In this document: one piece after another, positions 45,955 to 58,111 of the stretch | How positions within the stretch are numbered: position 1 is the first letter of the stretch | Layout of the letters: each line of letters starts with the position of its first letter | Origin: an uncultured delta proteobacterium | GTDB lineage: Bacteria > Myxococcota > Myxococcia > Myxococcales > Myxococcaceae | Length of the DNA stretch: 64,000 nucleotides | Assembly (NCBI GenBank): GCA_963713045.1 | Contig: CAVQKE010000005.1 | Span: 160,001-224,000, forward strand | Reading direction: 5' to 3' | Translations under genes and position numbers: made by a program | Notes under the pieces: generated by a model | What the model was told of the DNA's origin: nothing | Database searches by the model: none | Seen by the model: the letters and a program-made list of their open reading frames with translations, nothing else

Positions 45955-46749
45955 TCAGCCGCCCGACACCAGGTGCCCCAGCCCACCCAGGGACCAGCCA
46001 CCGTCACACACCAACACGGCGCCGGTGATGAAGGCGGCGGCCGGCGTGCAGAGGAAGAGCACGGCCTCCGCGACGTCCTCCACTGTCCCCAGTCTGCCGA
46101 GAGGGACCGTCCGGACGATGCGGGCAGTGCCTTCCGCCTCTCCAGCCAGCCGCGCCATGCCTTCTGTCCCGGCGATGGGCCCGGGGGTAATGCTGTTGAC
46201 CCGCACCCCTGCCCCTCCCCACTCCATGGCCAGCACTCGGGTCAGCATGTCCACGCCGGCCTTGGCGGCACAGACGTGGGCCTGCAAGGGCGCCGGGGCG
46301 TAGGCCTGCGGCGCCGAGACATTCACCACCGCTGCGCCCGGCTGTCTCAGGTGTTCGAAGGCGGCACGACAGCTGTTGAAGGTGCCCACCAAGTCAATGT
46401 CGACCACCGCTCGAAAGCCGTTGCTGGACATGCCCACCACCGGGGCAGGGAAGTTGCCGGCAGCCCCATTGACGAGAATGTCCAAGGGGCCAAACCGCTG
46501 AACCGCCTCGCGAAGGGCGCGCTCCAACGCCGGATACTCACGGACGTCGGCCTGGTGAAATGCCGCCCGGGCGCCCAGCGCTTCCAGCGCCTCCAGCGCG
46601 CGCTGGCCGCGCTCGGGGTTGCGCCCCAGCAGCGAGAGTCGGGCTCCGGCCTGCGCCAGTCTTCGGGCGATGCCGAGGTTGATGCCACTGGTGCCCCCGG
46701 TGACGAAGGCATGTTGGCCGGCCAGAAGCCCCTCTTGGAAGACGTTCAT
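45955..46749 (-). CDS. SDR oxidoreductase, peroxisomal-type 2,4-dienoyl-CoA reductase-like
   Basis: TGGTSGINLG, NGAAGNF, HVCAAKAG (catalytic Tyr absent, as in the DECR-type subfamily), PGPIAGTEG. ATG overlaps the upstream kamA stop (ATGA). Confidence 0.85.
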   Translation of the reverse strand: MNVFQEGLLAGQHAFVTGGTSGINLGIARRLAQAGARLSLLGRNPERGQRALEALEALGARAAFHQADVREYPALERALREAVQRFGPLDILVNGAAGNFPAPVVGMSSNGFRAVVDIDLVGTFNSCRAAFEHLRQPGAAVVNVSAPQAYAPAPLQAHVCAAKAGVDMLTRVLAMEWGGAGVRVNSITPGPIAGTEGMARLAGEAEGTARIVRTVPLGRLGTVEDVAEAVLFLCTPAAAFITGAVLVCDGGWSLGGLGHLVSGG

Positions 46750-47921
46750 GTCTGCCGCCGCTGCCACACTTCGTCGTAGGGACAGCTGGTGTCCGTCTCG
46801 GCAGGCTCCGGGTAACGGTACGTCTCCCCCTTGTAGTTGCGGAACAGCGTCTCCGTCTCCCCGCGCTCCACCACGTACTCGGGCTGCAGCGTCACTTTGC
46901 CCCCACCGCCGGGCAAATCCACCGCCAGGTGGGGAACGGCCAAGCCGGAGGTGTGGCCGCGGAGGGCCTCGAGAATTGCAACCCCCGTCGCCAGCGGCGT
47001 CCGGAGATGCTCGCACCCTTGCGCCACATCCATCTGGTGCAGGTAGTAGGGGCGCACCCGCGAACGCAACAGGGCGTGGTTGAGCTCTCGAATAAGATGA
47101 GCCTCGGAGTTGACTCGGCGGAGCAGCACCGTTTGGTTTTCCACCGGCACTCCGTGGTCCACCAGCAGCTCGCAGGCGCCGCGGGCCTCGGCCGTCACTT
47201 CCTTCGGGTGGTTGAAATGCGTCACGACGAAGAGAGGCGCGTAGCGGCGCAGAAGGCGCGCCAGGGCCTCGGTGACCCGCATCGGCAGACATACCGGCAC
47301 CCGGGTGCCGATGCGCAACATCTCGACATGCGGGATGGCTCGAAGGGGCTCGAGCAACTCCTCCAGTCGCGCCTCGGAAAGCAACAGCGGGTCGCCACCA
47401 GAAATGAGGACGTCCCGCACCTCGGGGTGCGCCCGGACGTAGTCAATTCCGCGCTGCAATTCTGTCCGGCTGAGTTCGGCCTCGCCGCCCTTGGTAATTC
47501 GACGCCGGGTGCAGTGTCGGCAGTAGGTGGAGCAACTGTCGAGCGCGAGCAACAGGACGCGGTCCGGGTAGCGGTGAATGATGGAGTGAACGGGGCGCGT
47601 CAGGTCTTCTCCGAGCGGATCCTCCAACTCCCCCGGCCGGAGGTGTGCCTCGGCCTGGACGGGAATGGCCTGCATCCGGACCGGGCAGAAGGGGTGCTGG
47701 CGGTCGATGAGTGAGAGGTAATAGGGGGAGATGGCCAGCCGAAACAGAGCGGCCGTGTCGCGGCAGCCAGCGCGCTCGGCCTCAGTCAGGCTCAGATGTC
47801 GCTCCAGCTCGGCGAGGCTGCGCACGGCATGGCGCATCTGCCAGCGCCAGTCATTCCATTGGTGCCGGTCCGCGTCCGGGTACTGGAGGCGCCAGGGTTC
47901 AGGCGCTGCCGAAGGAGGCAT
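46746..47921 (-). CDS. kamA: KamA-family radical SAM/PLP aminomutase (lysine 2,3-aminomutase-like), copy 1
   Basis: WNDWRWQ, DPLGED, HRYPDRVL, CSTYCRHC, ISGGDPL, HFNHP, PGGGGK (PLP Lys). Confidence 0.9.
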   Translation of the reverse strand: MPPSAAPEPWRLQYPDADRHQWNDWRWQMRHAVRSLAELERHLSLTEAERAGCRDTAALFRLAISPYYLSLIDRQHPFCPVRMQAIPVQAEAHLRPGELEDPLGEDLTRPVHSIIHRYPDRVLLLALDSCSTYCRHCTRRRITKGGEAELSRTELQRGIDYVRAHPEVRDVLISGGDPLLLSEARLEELLEPLRAIPHVEMLRIGTRVPVCLPMRVTEALARLLRRYAPLFVVTHFNHPKEVTAEARGACELLVDHGVPVENQTVLLRRVNSEAHLIRELNHALLRSRVRPYYLHQMDVAQGCEHLRTPLATGVAILEALRGHTSGLAVPHLAVDLPGGGGKVTLQPEYVVERGETETLFRNYKGETYRYPEPAETDTSCPYDEVWQRRQT

Positions 47922-47929
47922 CTCGAGGC

Positions 47930-49357
47930 TCAGGAGGCCGCCACCTGCTCACGCCACCACGCTTGTCCAGCCTCGGGAAGGGCGTAGATGGGGTCGTAAT
48001 ATTCGTAGCGGCGGGAGAGGGCCGTGGCGTCCTCCAATTCCAGTCCGGTCCGGTAATTCTTCGTCCAGTAGCTGATGCCCCGGTCGCGGTCGTACTCAGC
48101 CACTTGGTGGACCCATCGCTTACCGACGAAGGGCACGTCGCAAACAATCCGTGGCGTCGCAAAACCGGGCAGGTAGCCCATGATGTCGTGCTGCAGCTTC
48201 TGCGCCTCGGCGACCGAGACGCGCCAGTGCTCCGAATTGGGAATCATGTCGCACATGTAGAAGTAGTACGGGAGGATGTGTGCTCGGTCCTGCAGCGTGA
48301 AACACAACTCGAGCAAGTCCTTGGCGGTGGCATTCACCCCGCGCAGCAGGACGCCTTGGTTGCGAATATCGCGGAAGCCCATTGCCAGGAGCGCGTCGGC
48401 CGCTCGGGTGACCAGGGGCGTCAGCTGGCGTGCATTGTTGACGTGGGTGTGCAACGCAAGTTGGACGCCTTGGGCCCGAGCCTTCTTGGCGAGCCGTTCC
48501 AGCCCGGCCAGCACAGAGTCTTGAAGGAAGTGCTGGGGGATGCCCATGAAGCCCTTGGTGGCCAGCCGGATGTCACGGATGTTGGGAATGTCCAGGAGGG
48601 CAGAGACGAAGGCCTCCAGCGTTCCAATGGGCAGGTTGGCGACGTCGCCGCCGGACACCACCACGTCACGGACACCCGGCGTCCGGCGCAAGTAGTCCAA
48701 AATCTGCTCGTACCGCGTCTGCTGGGGCTGGACGAAGCGCTTCTTGTCCACTTGGGGCACGTCGTTGCCGACGAGGTCCATCCGCGTGCAGTGGCCGCAG
48801 TACTGCGGACAGGTGGACAGCACTTCGGCCAGCACTTTGGTTGGGTAGCGGTGGGTCAGCCCCTCCACCACCCACATCTCCGCTTCATGCAGGCTGTCAC
48901 GGCTGGCCCGCGGATGGTTGGGCCAGTCGGTGCGGCGGTCGGCGAGCGCCGGCAGCATGTAGCGCCGCACCGGGTCGGCCCAGAGGTCATCCAAGTTCAT
49001 CGTATTCACCATCTGGGGCGTCACCAGGATGGACATGGTGGCGCGTTCGCGCTGGTCGCGGTCGATGCTCTCCGCCAGGTCGTCCGGGAAGAGGTCCCCC
49101 AGCGCAGCCTTCACTTCCTTCAAATTCTTCAGGGTGTGCTTGCGCTGCCAGAGCGCGCTTTCCCAGTCGGCCCGGCTGGCGCTCCGAAAACCGGGAATGC
49201 GCCTCCAGTCCGGCTCCTCGAAAGGGCGCTCGAGCGGATACCGAAATGGCTGAGGGGCACCAAAAGACGCCTCGGTTGCCGCCTTGGTTTCGGGCCGCGG
49301 CACCGAAAGTGGCGTCGCGGCGAAAGCAGCAGGCTCGAGGGCAGGCTTCGGGTCCAT
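47930..49357 (-). CDS. KamA-family radical SAM/PLP aminomutase, divergent copy 2
   Basis: THRYPTKVL, CPQYCGHC, VSGGD, NQGVLLRGVN, YYFYMCD, DVPFVGK. Start estimated. Confidence 0.88.
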   Translation of the reverse strand: MDPKPALEPAAFAATPLSVPRPETKAATEASFGAPQPFRYPLERPFEEPDWRRIPGFRSASRADWESALWQRKHTLKNLKEVKAALGDLFPDDLAESIDRDQRERATMSILVTPQMVNTMNLDDLWADPVRRYMLPALADRRTDWPNHPRASRDSLHEAEMWVVEGLTHRYPTKVLAEVLSTCPQYCGHCTRMDLVGNDVPQVDKKRFVQPQQTRYEQILDYLRRTPGVRDVVVSGGDVANLPIGTLEAFVSALLDIPNIRDIRLATKGFMGIPQHFLQDSVLAGLERLAKKARAQGVQLALHTHVNNARQLTPLVTRAADALLAMGFRDIRNQGVLLRGVNATAKDLLELCFTLQDRAHILPYYFYMCDMIPNSEHWRVSVAEAQKLQHDIMGYLPGFATPRIVCDVPFVGKRWVHQVAEYDRDRGISYWTKNYRTGLELEDATALSRRYEYYDPIYALPEAGQAWWREQVAAS

Positions 49358-50424
49358 GCGGTGAGGGTCTCTTGGGCAGTGGTGCAGGTGCGAGGCCACC
49401 AGGCCAGCCCGCGGCTTCTATCCTACTCGCTTTCGCGCGCACACCCCCGGGCGACGTCCGCTGCGTCGACAGGGCCTGTGTCCGACGCACTGCGGCCCAA
49501 GCGCCAAGCGCCTAACTGGGCAGCGACTCGCAGCAGAAGGCTGCTTTCGCCATAGGCCGTCAGCGCAACCGCGCGACCTGAATGCGGAAGACTGCTTGAA
49601 ACTGGCCGCCGGGCCGCAGCAGGCGTAGGCCGCGCCCTTGGGTGAGTGCGCTGGTCGGCGCCGTCATCGGCTCAAGCGCGACATAGTCCTTGTCCCGCGG
49701 GGCAAACACCTGGGTGCAGGGGTAGCCGGAAAGCAACTGAAGTGTGATGCGGTGGTGCGGCCCCGTCACAGACAGTGCAGCCTTGTCCTTCCCGACGGTG
49801 AAGCCGTCATCAAAGGACTGCTCGCCCAGCGCCGCGTCGAAGCTGGCAAAGGGCGTCTCCGCTCCGGTTGGAATGCCCTGGCCGTCCAGCACCAGGTGAC
49901 GCATGCGCGGAAGCGTCAGTCGCCACCTGCCGCGGGGCTGCCCCGCAAGCGAAAAGTAGGGGTGAAAGCCGAAGCTGACCGGAACCGTGTCCCCGCCATT
50001 CGCTTGCACTGTCGTCTCCACCCGTAAGCCCTCCGGGTCTAGGGCCACGGCAAGCTCGACGCGGTGACGAAAGGGGAAAACCGCCAGCAGCTCCTCGCGG
50101 TTCCATTCAAGCCGGGCGCCAAGCGTGGTGGCCGTCGCCTCCGTCAACTCCCAGCTGAGGCGAGACCAGGGGACGCCGTGGATGGGCAGTCCGTGCTCGT
50201 CGAGGTGCAGCATGCTCGACGTCGGGTCCAGCACCACCTCACGGCCGGCCGTAGAAAAGCGGGTGGACGAAAGTCGGTTCGCCCACGGGTACAGCAGCGG
50301 GATGCCGGCAGTACTGCCCTTGGCCGCTGCCGACGCCAAGTCCTCGACGCGCCCAAGCAACTCCCTTCCGGCAAGCTGCAGCGAGGCACCCAACATTGGA
50401 GTTGCCCCCGTGAAACCGGACAGG

Positions 50425-51249
50425 TCAGGGGTTGGACATAGCAGCACGGAATTCGGCTGGTGACAGCATCTTCAGGCCCTTGTGAGGAGCGACGCGGTTG
50501 TAGTCCGCGACCCAGGCGGGCAGCTGAGCCAGGACATGCGCGGCGCTCGGGAGCTCGTTCACATACAGGTAGTCGCGCTTAAAGGTTTTCACAAAACCCT
50601 CTGCCATCCCATTGCTTTCGGGGGAGTACGCGGGCGTCGTGCAGATGACGAGGCCAAGTCCACGGCCGAAATCGCGCGTTGCGTGAGCGGTGTAGATGGG
50701 CCCGTTGTCCGAGAGCCACTCGATGGGGTGTGGCGTCGTCCTCGTGCCCCTGCCGAAACGGGCTTCCACAGTTTCCGCCATCACGTCCTGGATGGTGAGC
50801 GCCGTTGGGTAGTCTGCGCTGGCCCGAAACGCGATGAGTTCCCGGTCGCAGCAGTCGAGGCTAAAGGCAATCTGCACCCGCTCGCCGTTCCAGCAGCGGA
50901 TTTCGAAGGTGTCGCTGCACCAGCGCAGGTCCGGCTTCAGAGTGACGACTCGGCCGTCATGGGTGCGCGTCGGTTTGCCCGTGTAGCGCGCCAGCAGCAG
51001 TCCAGCCCCCCGCATCAGCCGGTAGGCGCGCTTGTGGTTGATGGACGCCTCGCCCCTCGAGCGGCGCTCCCGGTTGAGGATGGCAGCGGCCCTGCGGTAG
51101 CCGTAGGTGCTGCGGTTGCTGGCGACTGCCTTGAGCGCCTCCAGGACGACGGCGTCTTCGGCAACGTCTGTTTCGCGGGCCAGCTTTCGCCTCCGCGGTG
51201 CCAGCAGGTTGGACCGCGAAACCTGAAGAGCTCGGGCGATGGCGCTCAC
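50425..51249 (-). CDS. IS3-family transposase OrfB (rve DDE domain)
   Basis: TYGYRR, WCSD, LDCCDRE, SDNG, SPESNGMAEGFVKTFKRDY. Lies in the -1 frame relative to OrfA. Confidence 0.93.
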   Translation of the reverse strand: MSAIARALQVSRSNLLAPRRRKLARETDVAEDAVVLEALKAVASNRSTYGYRRAAAILNRERRSRGEASINHKRAYRLMRGAGLLLARYTGKPTRTHDGRVVTLKPDLRWCSDTFEIRCWNGERVQIAFSLDCCDRELIAFRASADYPTALTIQDVMAETVEARFGRGTRTTPHPIEWLSDNGPIYTAHATRDFGRGLGLVICTTPAYSPESNGMAEGFVKTFKRDYLYVNELPSAAHVLAQLPAWVADYNRVAPHKGLKMLSPAEFRAAMSNP

Positions 51250-51647
51250 AGGATGTCCTCCAGCTTGGACAAGGCAGCGGCCGAGAGAAGTTTTTTTTCG
51301 CGGGCAATCTCAATGGCGTCCCGCAAAATCTCCGCCTCCTGCATCTTCTTCCCGAGCAGGCGCTGGAGCTCACGCACCTGCGCTTTGAGTTGCTGGACCT
51401 CCGACTGGGCCACCACCGGCTCGCCGGCCTTCAGCCCCGTCAGGCTCCCGGCATCTCGGTGCTGCCGCCAACGGAAAAGCAGGCTGGAAGCCAGCCCGTA
51501 CTTCCGTGCCACCAAGGACACGCTGCTGCCGGCCGCCTCGGCTTCCGTCAAAAGCCGCAGCTTCTCCTCGGCAGAGTACCGGCGTCGTCGCCTGGGCGGC
51601 TCATTCGCCCCGCTCGGCGGGTCCACTTCGGGGGTCTTCTTTTCCAT
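51246..51647 (-). CDS. IS3-family transposase OrfA (HTH + leucine zipper)
   Basis: RRRYSAEEKLRL...VSLVARKYGL...LFRWR and ELQRLLGKKMQEAEILRDA. Confidence 0.93.
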   Translation of the reverse strand: MEKKTPEVDPPSGANEPPRRRRRYSAEEKLRLLTEAEAAGSSVSLVARKYGLASSLLFRWRQHRDAGSLTGLKAGEPVVAQSEVQQLKAQVRELQRLLGKKMQEAEILRDAIEIAREKKLLSAAALSKLEDIL

Positions 51648-51777
51648 CGGTCAGACTCGCTTCCTACTTCATCGAGCCTGTCCGGTCCTTCAGGGGGCTA
51701 CATCAACATCCCCTGGCCCGGAAGAAAGACGGCCGCCAGTTCGCCGGCAGTCAGTGCCTGCGTGCCGGAGGCCTGTT

Positions 51778-52479
51778 TCATCGGGGCAGCGACGAAAGGC
51801 CGGCGGCGGCGGCGTCGGCCAAAACCACGGCGCGGTCACTTCGGACGCGCCCGGCAGGAATGCTGCGGTCGCCGGCCCTCAGCTTGGCCAGCATCTGCAC
51901 CTTGTCGCCGCCCGTCACCAGCCACAGGACTTTTCGCGCTCGGTCCAGCACCGGGAAGGTGAGCGTCATCCGCAGACGGCCTTGGTAAGGCCCGGAAAGG
52001 ACGACATCGGCTGCCGTCACGTCGAGGGACTGGTCTCCGGGGACGAGCGAGGCAGTGTGGCCATCCGGCCCGAGCCCAAGGTGCACCAGGTCGAGCACCG
52101 CCGGGGTGCCGGCAACCGAGTCGAGCGTGCGGGCATAACCCGCCGCAGCCGCCGCTAGGTCCGCCTCCTCGACTGGCATGGGGTAAAGCTGCGTGGGCGG
52201 AAGCTTCACCGCGCCGAGGAGGCTGGCCTGCAGGTGAGTCAGGTTTCGGTCTGGGTCGCCCGCGGGCGCAACGCGTTCGTCCACCTGGAAGACGTGCACG
52301 CTGGACCAGGGGACGTCTTCGTTCGCCAAAAGCCGCAACATCCGCCACGGGGTGTGGCCCCCGCTCACCGCCAGGGTGAAGCGCCCTCGCACGGCGACGG
52401 CAGCGCGCGCGTCCGAGGCAATCAGCTGCGCGGCGGCCCGGGCGACGGCTTCGGCGTCGGCGAGTATCTCCACCTTCAT
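51778..52479 (-). CDS. pgl: 6-phosphogluconolactonase
   Basis: SGGHTP, DER, LGLGPDGHTASL, RMTLTFP. Confidence 0.92.
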   Translation of the reverse strand: MKVEILADAEAVARAAAQLIASDARAAVAVRGRFTLAVSGGHTPWRMLRLLANEDVPWSSVHVFQVDERVAPAGDPDRNLTHLQASLLGAVKLPPTQLYPMPVEEADLAAAAAGYARTLDSVAGTPAVLDLVHLGLGPDGHTASLVPGDQSLDVTAADVVLSGPYQGRLRMTLTFPVLDRARKVLWLVTGGDKVQMLAKLRAGDRSIPAGRVRSDRAVVLADAAAAGLSSLPR

Positions 52480-53060
52480 GGCACCTCCAACAAGTCGTAG
52501 CTTTCGTTCCAGGCGCGGATGACTTGGGTCTCGCGCTCGTACCCCAGCTTGCACAGGCAGGCCGTGTCGAGGCCGAAGGAGCGCCCGGCGGTGGCCGCCA
52601 TCCCGAGCCAACGCGCGGCGAGGACGCGCAGAATGTGGCCATGCCCATAGAGGGCGACGTCTCCTCCAGCGGCCAGCGAGCGGGCAATGACGCGGTCGGC
52701 GCGCTCCCCTACCTGGTCAGCCGTCTCGCCGCGCGGGACGCCGTTGCTCCAGATGGTCCAGTCTGGGACTTCCTTTCGGATGTCGGCGCTGGTCCGCCCC
52801 TCGTAGGCGCCGTAGTTCCACTCCATCAGGTCATCATCCGGAATGGCTTCAGGCCCGTGGCCGGAGAGCCGACACGTCTCCCAGGCGCGGCGGAGCGGGC
52901 TGCTCAGCACCAGGGCGAACGTCTTCTTCATCAGCCGGCGTCCTAGCAGCACGGCTTGCTGCTCACCCCGGGGCGTCAGTGGGATGTCGGTTCGGCCAGT
53001 GTGCCGGCCATTCAGACTCCACTCCGTCTCCCCGTGCCGAACGAGCCACAGCTCCGCCAT
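52476..53060 (-). CDS. Histidine phosphatase (phosphoglycerate mutase-like) family protein
   Basis: LVRHGETEWS, SSPLRRA, EWNYG, HGH motifs. Confidence 0.92.
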   Translation of the reverse strand: MAELWLVRHGETEWSLNGRHTGRTDIPLTPRGEQQAVLLGRRLMKKTFALVLSSPLRRAWETCRLSGHGPEAIPDDDLMEWNYGAYEGRTSADIRKEVPDWTIWSNGVPRGETADQVGERADRVIARSLAAGGDVALYGHGHILRVLAARWLGMAATAGRSFGLDTACLCKLGYERETQVIRAWNESYDLLEVP

Positions 53061-53073
53061 GGACTCACCCCTC

Positions 53074-54438
53074 CTAACTGCGCGCGACGAACCAGCCGCC
53101 GGGAACCATGGCCTCGGCTTCCTGGGGACCCCACGTCCCGGGCTGGTACGGGAGGAGCGGGGTGTCGGCCTGAATGGCCGGGTCGACAATACGCCACGCC
53201 TCTTCGACGTAGTCCTCCCGGGCGAAACGCGAGGCGTCGCCCTTCAGCGCATCGCCCAGCAGCTCATCGTAGGGGGCAAGGTCACCACCCTGGTGGTGCG
53301 TCAGCTCGAGCTCGACTGGCTCAGCTTGCATCGTCTCCCCGGGTGACTTGATGACCGCTCCCAAGGCGATGACCGAGTCCGGGCTCAGACGGAAGCGCAG
53401 ACTGTCTTGCGGCAAGGCAATCCCCTCCACCAGCGCCGGAGGCGCCCGAAAACGCGCCATCACCTCAGTCCGTGTCACCGGCAGGCACTTGCCAGCCCGG
53501 ATGTAGAAGGGAACGCCCTGCCAGCGCCAGGAGTTGAGGTGGAGGCGCAGGGCGACGAAGGTTTCCACCGTCGAGTCTGGGGCGACGCCTGGCTCCTGCC
53601 GGTAGCCCCGGAATTGGCCGCGCACCATCTCGGTCGGCCGAATGGAGGAGATGCCCTTCAGTACCTTGACTCTCTCGGTGCGGAAGGCTTCCGGGTCCGA
53701 GGTCTGCGGCGGCGGTTCCATCGCGACATTGGAAACGACTTGCAGCAAGTGGTTCTGCACCACGTCGCGGATGGTCCCGGCCTTGTCGTAGAAGGCGCCG
53801 CGGCCCGCGACACCGAAGTTCTCGGCCATCGTGATTTGAACGCTGTCGACGTAATTTCGGTTCCAAATGGGCTCAAGAAAGCTGTTGGCGAAACGGAAGA
53901 AGACCAAATTCTGCACCGTCGCCTTACCGAGGTAATGGTCGATGCGGAAAATGTCCTTTTCCGCGAAGAACTCGTGCAGCGTCTGGTTGAGCTGCCGGGC
54001 TGAGTTGAAATCGCTCCCGAAGGGCTTCTCCACCACCAGCCGCGCGCCCTTGGTAGCGCCCGCACCGGCCAGCTGCTTGGCGACCAGGCCGAACAGTCCT
54101 TGGGGAATCGCCAAGTAGTGCAAAGGGCGCTGAGCGCCGCCCAGCTGTTGCCGAAGACGCTGAAAGACAGCCGGGTCGGCGTAGTCACCATGGACGTAGC
54201 GAAGCAGGCCGACCAGCTTGGCAAAGGCTTGGTTGTCCACAACCCCGTGCTTCTCGATGCTGGCGCCTGCGAAGGCTTGAAGCTCGGCGGCTGTCAGTGC
54301 GCGCCGAGCCACGGCGATGACGGGGACGTTGAGCACGCCCCGTTGCACCATGCTCTGCAACGCGGGAAAAATCTGCTTGCTGGCAAGGTCCCCGGTCGCT
54401 CCAAAAAAGACGAGGGCGTCGGCCGGGGTGGAAGTCAC
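53074..54438 (-). CDS. zwf: Glucose-6-phosphate 1-dehydrogenase
   Basis: [43 protein letters not shown]. Confidence 0.96.
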   Translation of the reverse strand: MTSTPADALVFFGATGDLASKQIFPALQSMVQRGVLNVPVIAVARRALTAAELQAFAGASIEKHGVVDNQAFAKLVGLLRYVHGDYADPAVFQRLRQQLGGAQRPLHYLAIPQGLFGLVAKQLAGAGATKGARLVVEKPFGSDFNSARQLNQTLHEFFAEKDIFRIDHYLGKATVQNLVFFRFANSFLEPIWNRNYVDSVQITMAENFGVAGRGAFYDKAGTIRDVVQNHLLQVVSNVAMEPPPQTSDPEAFRTERVKVLKGISSIRPTEMVRGQFRGYRQEPGVAPDSTVETFVALRLHLNSWRWQGVPFYIRAGKCLPVTRTEVMARFRAPPALVEGIALPQDSLRFRLSPDSVIALGAVIKSPGETMQAEPVELELTHHQGGDLAPYDELLGDALKGDASRFAREDYVEEAWRIVDPAIQADTPLLPYQPGTWGPQEAEAMVPGGWFVARS

Positions 54439-55451
54439 GGCTTCTTCTCCTCGTGCCCCCCGAATGCCCAGCGTTGGGCGGACAGGATTTTGTCGGCAAA
54501 GTCCGCGTTGCCGCGGGAGGAGAAACGGTCGTACAGCGCCGAGGTGAGAACCGAAGCAGGGACACCCTCGTCGATGGCGGCATGAATCGTCCAGCGGCCC
54601 TCACCCGAGTCCGAGACACGGCCGGCGAATGCCTTCAGCTCGGGGTCCTTCAGAAACACCTGGGCGGTGAGGTCGAGGAGCCAGGAGCTGATGACGCTCC
54701 CCCGGCGCCACAGCTCGGCCACGTCCGCCAAGTTGAAGTCGTATTGGTAATGGTCGGGGTCTCGCAGCGGTGTCGTCTCGGCGTCCACGGCGTGCTTCTG
54801 CTTCCCGGCGTTGGCCCCTCGGAGAATGTTCAGCCCCTCGGCATAGGCAGCCATGATGCCGTACTCGATGCCGTTGTGGACCATCTTCACGAAGTGACCG
54901 GCGCCGTTCGGCCCGCAGTGCAGGTAGCCATGTTCGGCGGTGCCGGTGGGCGCCTTGTCCCGGCCCGGCGTTCGAGACACCGAAGCCATCTCCGGCGCGA
55001 GTGTCGCGAACACCGGGTTCAGGTACTTCACCACGGCGTCCTCACCACCAATCATCTGGCAGTAGCCGCGCTCCAGGCCCCACACGCCGCCGCTGGTGCC
55101 AACATCCACGTAGTGGATGCCCTTCGCCATCAGCTGCTTGCTCCGCCGAATGTCGTCGACGTAGTACGAATTACCACCGTCGATGAGGATGTCGTCCTTC
55201 TCCAGAAGGGGCAGCAAATCGGCGATGGTGGCATCCACCACACCGGCTGGAACCATCATCCATATCGCCCGGGGCTTCTTCAGCTTCTTGGTGAAGTCCT
55301 GAAGCGACGAGGAACCAATCGCTTTCTCCTTGGCCAGCGCCTCCACCGCCGCGGGCGTGCGGTCGAAGACGACGCACTCGTGCCCCGCCTTCAGCAGTCG
55401 CCGCACCATGTTTGCGCCCATCCGACCAAGGCCAATCATCCCGATTTGCAT
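54435..55451 (-). CDS. gnd: 6-phosphogluconate dehydrogenase, short (YqeC-type)
   Basis: [42 protein letters not shown]. Confidence 0.95.
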   Translation of the reverse strand: MQIGMIGLGRMGANMVRRLLKAGHECVVFDRTPAAVEALAKEKAIGSSSLQDFTKKLKKPRAIWMMVPAGVVDATIADLLPLLEKDDILIDGGNSYYVDDIRRSKQLMAKGIHYVDVGTSGGVWGLERGYCQMIGGEDAVVKYLNPVFATLAPEMASVSRTPGRDKAPTGTAEHGYLHCGPNGAGHFVKMVHNGIEYGIMAAYAEGLNILRGANAGKQKHAVDAETTPLRDPDHYQYDFNLADVAELWRRGSVISSWLLDLTAQVFLKDPELKAFAGRVSDSGEGRWTIHAAIDEGVPASVLTSALYDRFSSRGNADFADKILSAQRWAFGGHEEKKP

Positions 55452-55502
55452 GACGTGTTCCCTCTGTAGCGACTGAAAAGTTGCCAACCACTGCCGCAGG
55501 CC

Positions 55503-56419
55503 TCAATGGCCCGCTTGTGCCTGCTCAAACGTGTCCACCCATTCACGGTAACGGCCAGCAATCTCTGCCACTGCGGCTTCGCGCGACATCTTCTTCGCCC
55601 GAAGCTGCACCAGCGCGTTCCAGAAGGAGGTTCTTCCCACTGCAAAGCCAATGAAGCCCGGAACGGTGGCGGCGGTCGTCAACCACTCCCGGACCCGTTG
55701 CTCGTTTTCACCGTGGCCGAGGATGATGCAGCTCACCTTTTCCCGGCCGCCGCGGCGCGCGGCGCTTACCACCCGCGCGCCGTCTTGCCGAGCGTCGAGC
55801 CCTTCAACCTTCCAGACGTCTGGCTCCACCCCACCGGCCTGCAGCTCTTCGATGGCCCGTACCATCAACCCGGGGCGCATTTCGCGGTCATAGAGGTGGC
55901 TGTCCCCCTGGCAACGGTCCAGCTGCGCCTTCTCCGGCGGCACCAGCAACTCGAACATGAAGCGGCTGCTTTGCTTCGAAAGAAGGTAGTTGCTCAAGCG
56001 CGCCAAACGCGCGGTCTGCACGCGGTTGAGCGCTGCGTCACCCTCGGGGTTGTAGCGGACCAAGACTTTGCAAAAGTCTGGGTGGAAAGTCTCAATGTGC
56101 GGTGCGAAGTCCTCGCCATATTCAAAGTCGAACTCCTCCTGCCCACTCTTCTCGGCAGGGCAGGCGGTGGTGTAGCCCTTGGCGGTGGCGTCCCTGAGGA
56201 TGGCGGCGCCAAATTGCTCGTCGACCAGGATGCCGGCCTTTGCCTTGGGCACCCCGTCGGCGAGCGCGCTCTGGAATCCGTCGTAGACGACTTGCTTGGC
56301 AGCGGCAATTTCGGCGGTCTGCGCCGGACTGAGCGTCCCCGTCCAGCCGAACAATTTCGTCTGGAAGCTGCCCCGGTGGTCGAACGGGAGAATGTAGAGC
56401 GGCCTCTGGTAGCCGCGAA

Positions 56420-56423
<4 letters not shown>
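55503..56423 (-). CDS. DUF2090-domain (IolC C-terminal-like) TIM-barrel aldolase-type protein
   Basis: [38 protein letters not shown]; a class I aldolase-like pattern. Confidence 0.8.
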
Positions 56424-58081
<1,658 letters not shown>

Positions 58082-58111
58082 GGTGTCCCCTTCCCCCTGC
58101 GCGAGAGACTC

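Larger units (their letters stand above)
50397..51705 (-). mobile_element. IS3-family (IS2-like) insertion sequence, 1309 bp, apparently intact
   Basis: TG...CA ends. Inverted repeats TGGAGTTGCCCCCGTGAAACCGGACAGG / TGATGTAGCCCCCTGAAGGACCGGACAGG. Flanking direct repeat ACAT at 50393-50396 and 51706-51709. Confidence 0.95.
49560..51781 (-). pseudogene. Aldose 1-epimerase family gene split by an IS3-family element
   Basis: 5' part at 51706-51781 (MKQASGTQALTAGELAAVFLPGQGM) and 3' part at 49560-50396 (LYPWANRL, PIHG, GFHPYF, ALEPMT). Removing the IS and one ACAT copy restores a 302-aa ORF. Confidence 0.9.

Noticed and set aside
46746..49357. Calling either aminomutase epmB
   Set aside because: Both are longer than typical EpmB, and no efp or epmA gene is adjacent. 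It cannot be excluded without a phylogeny.
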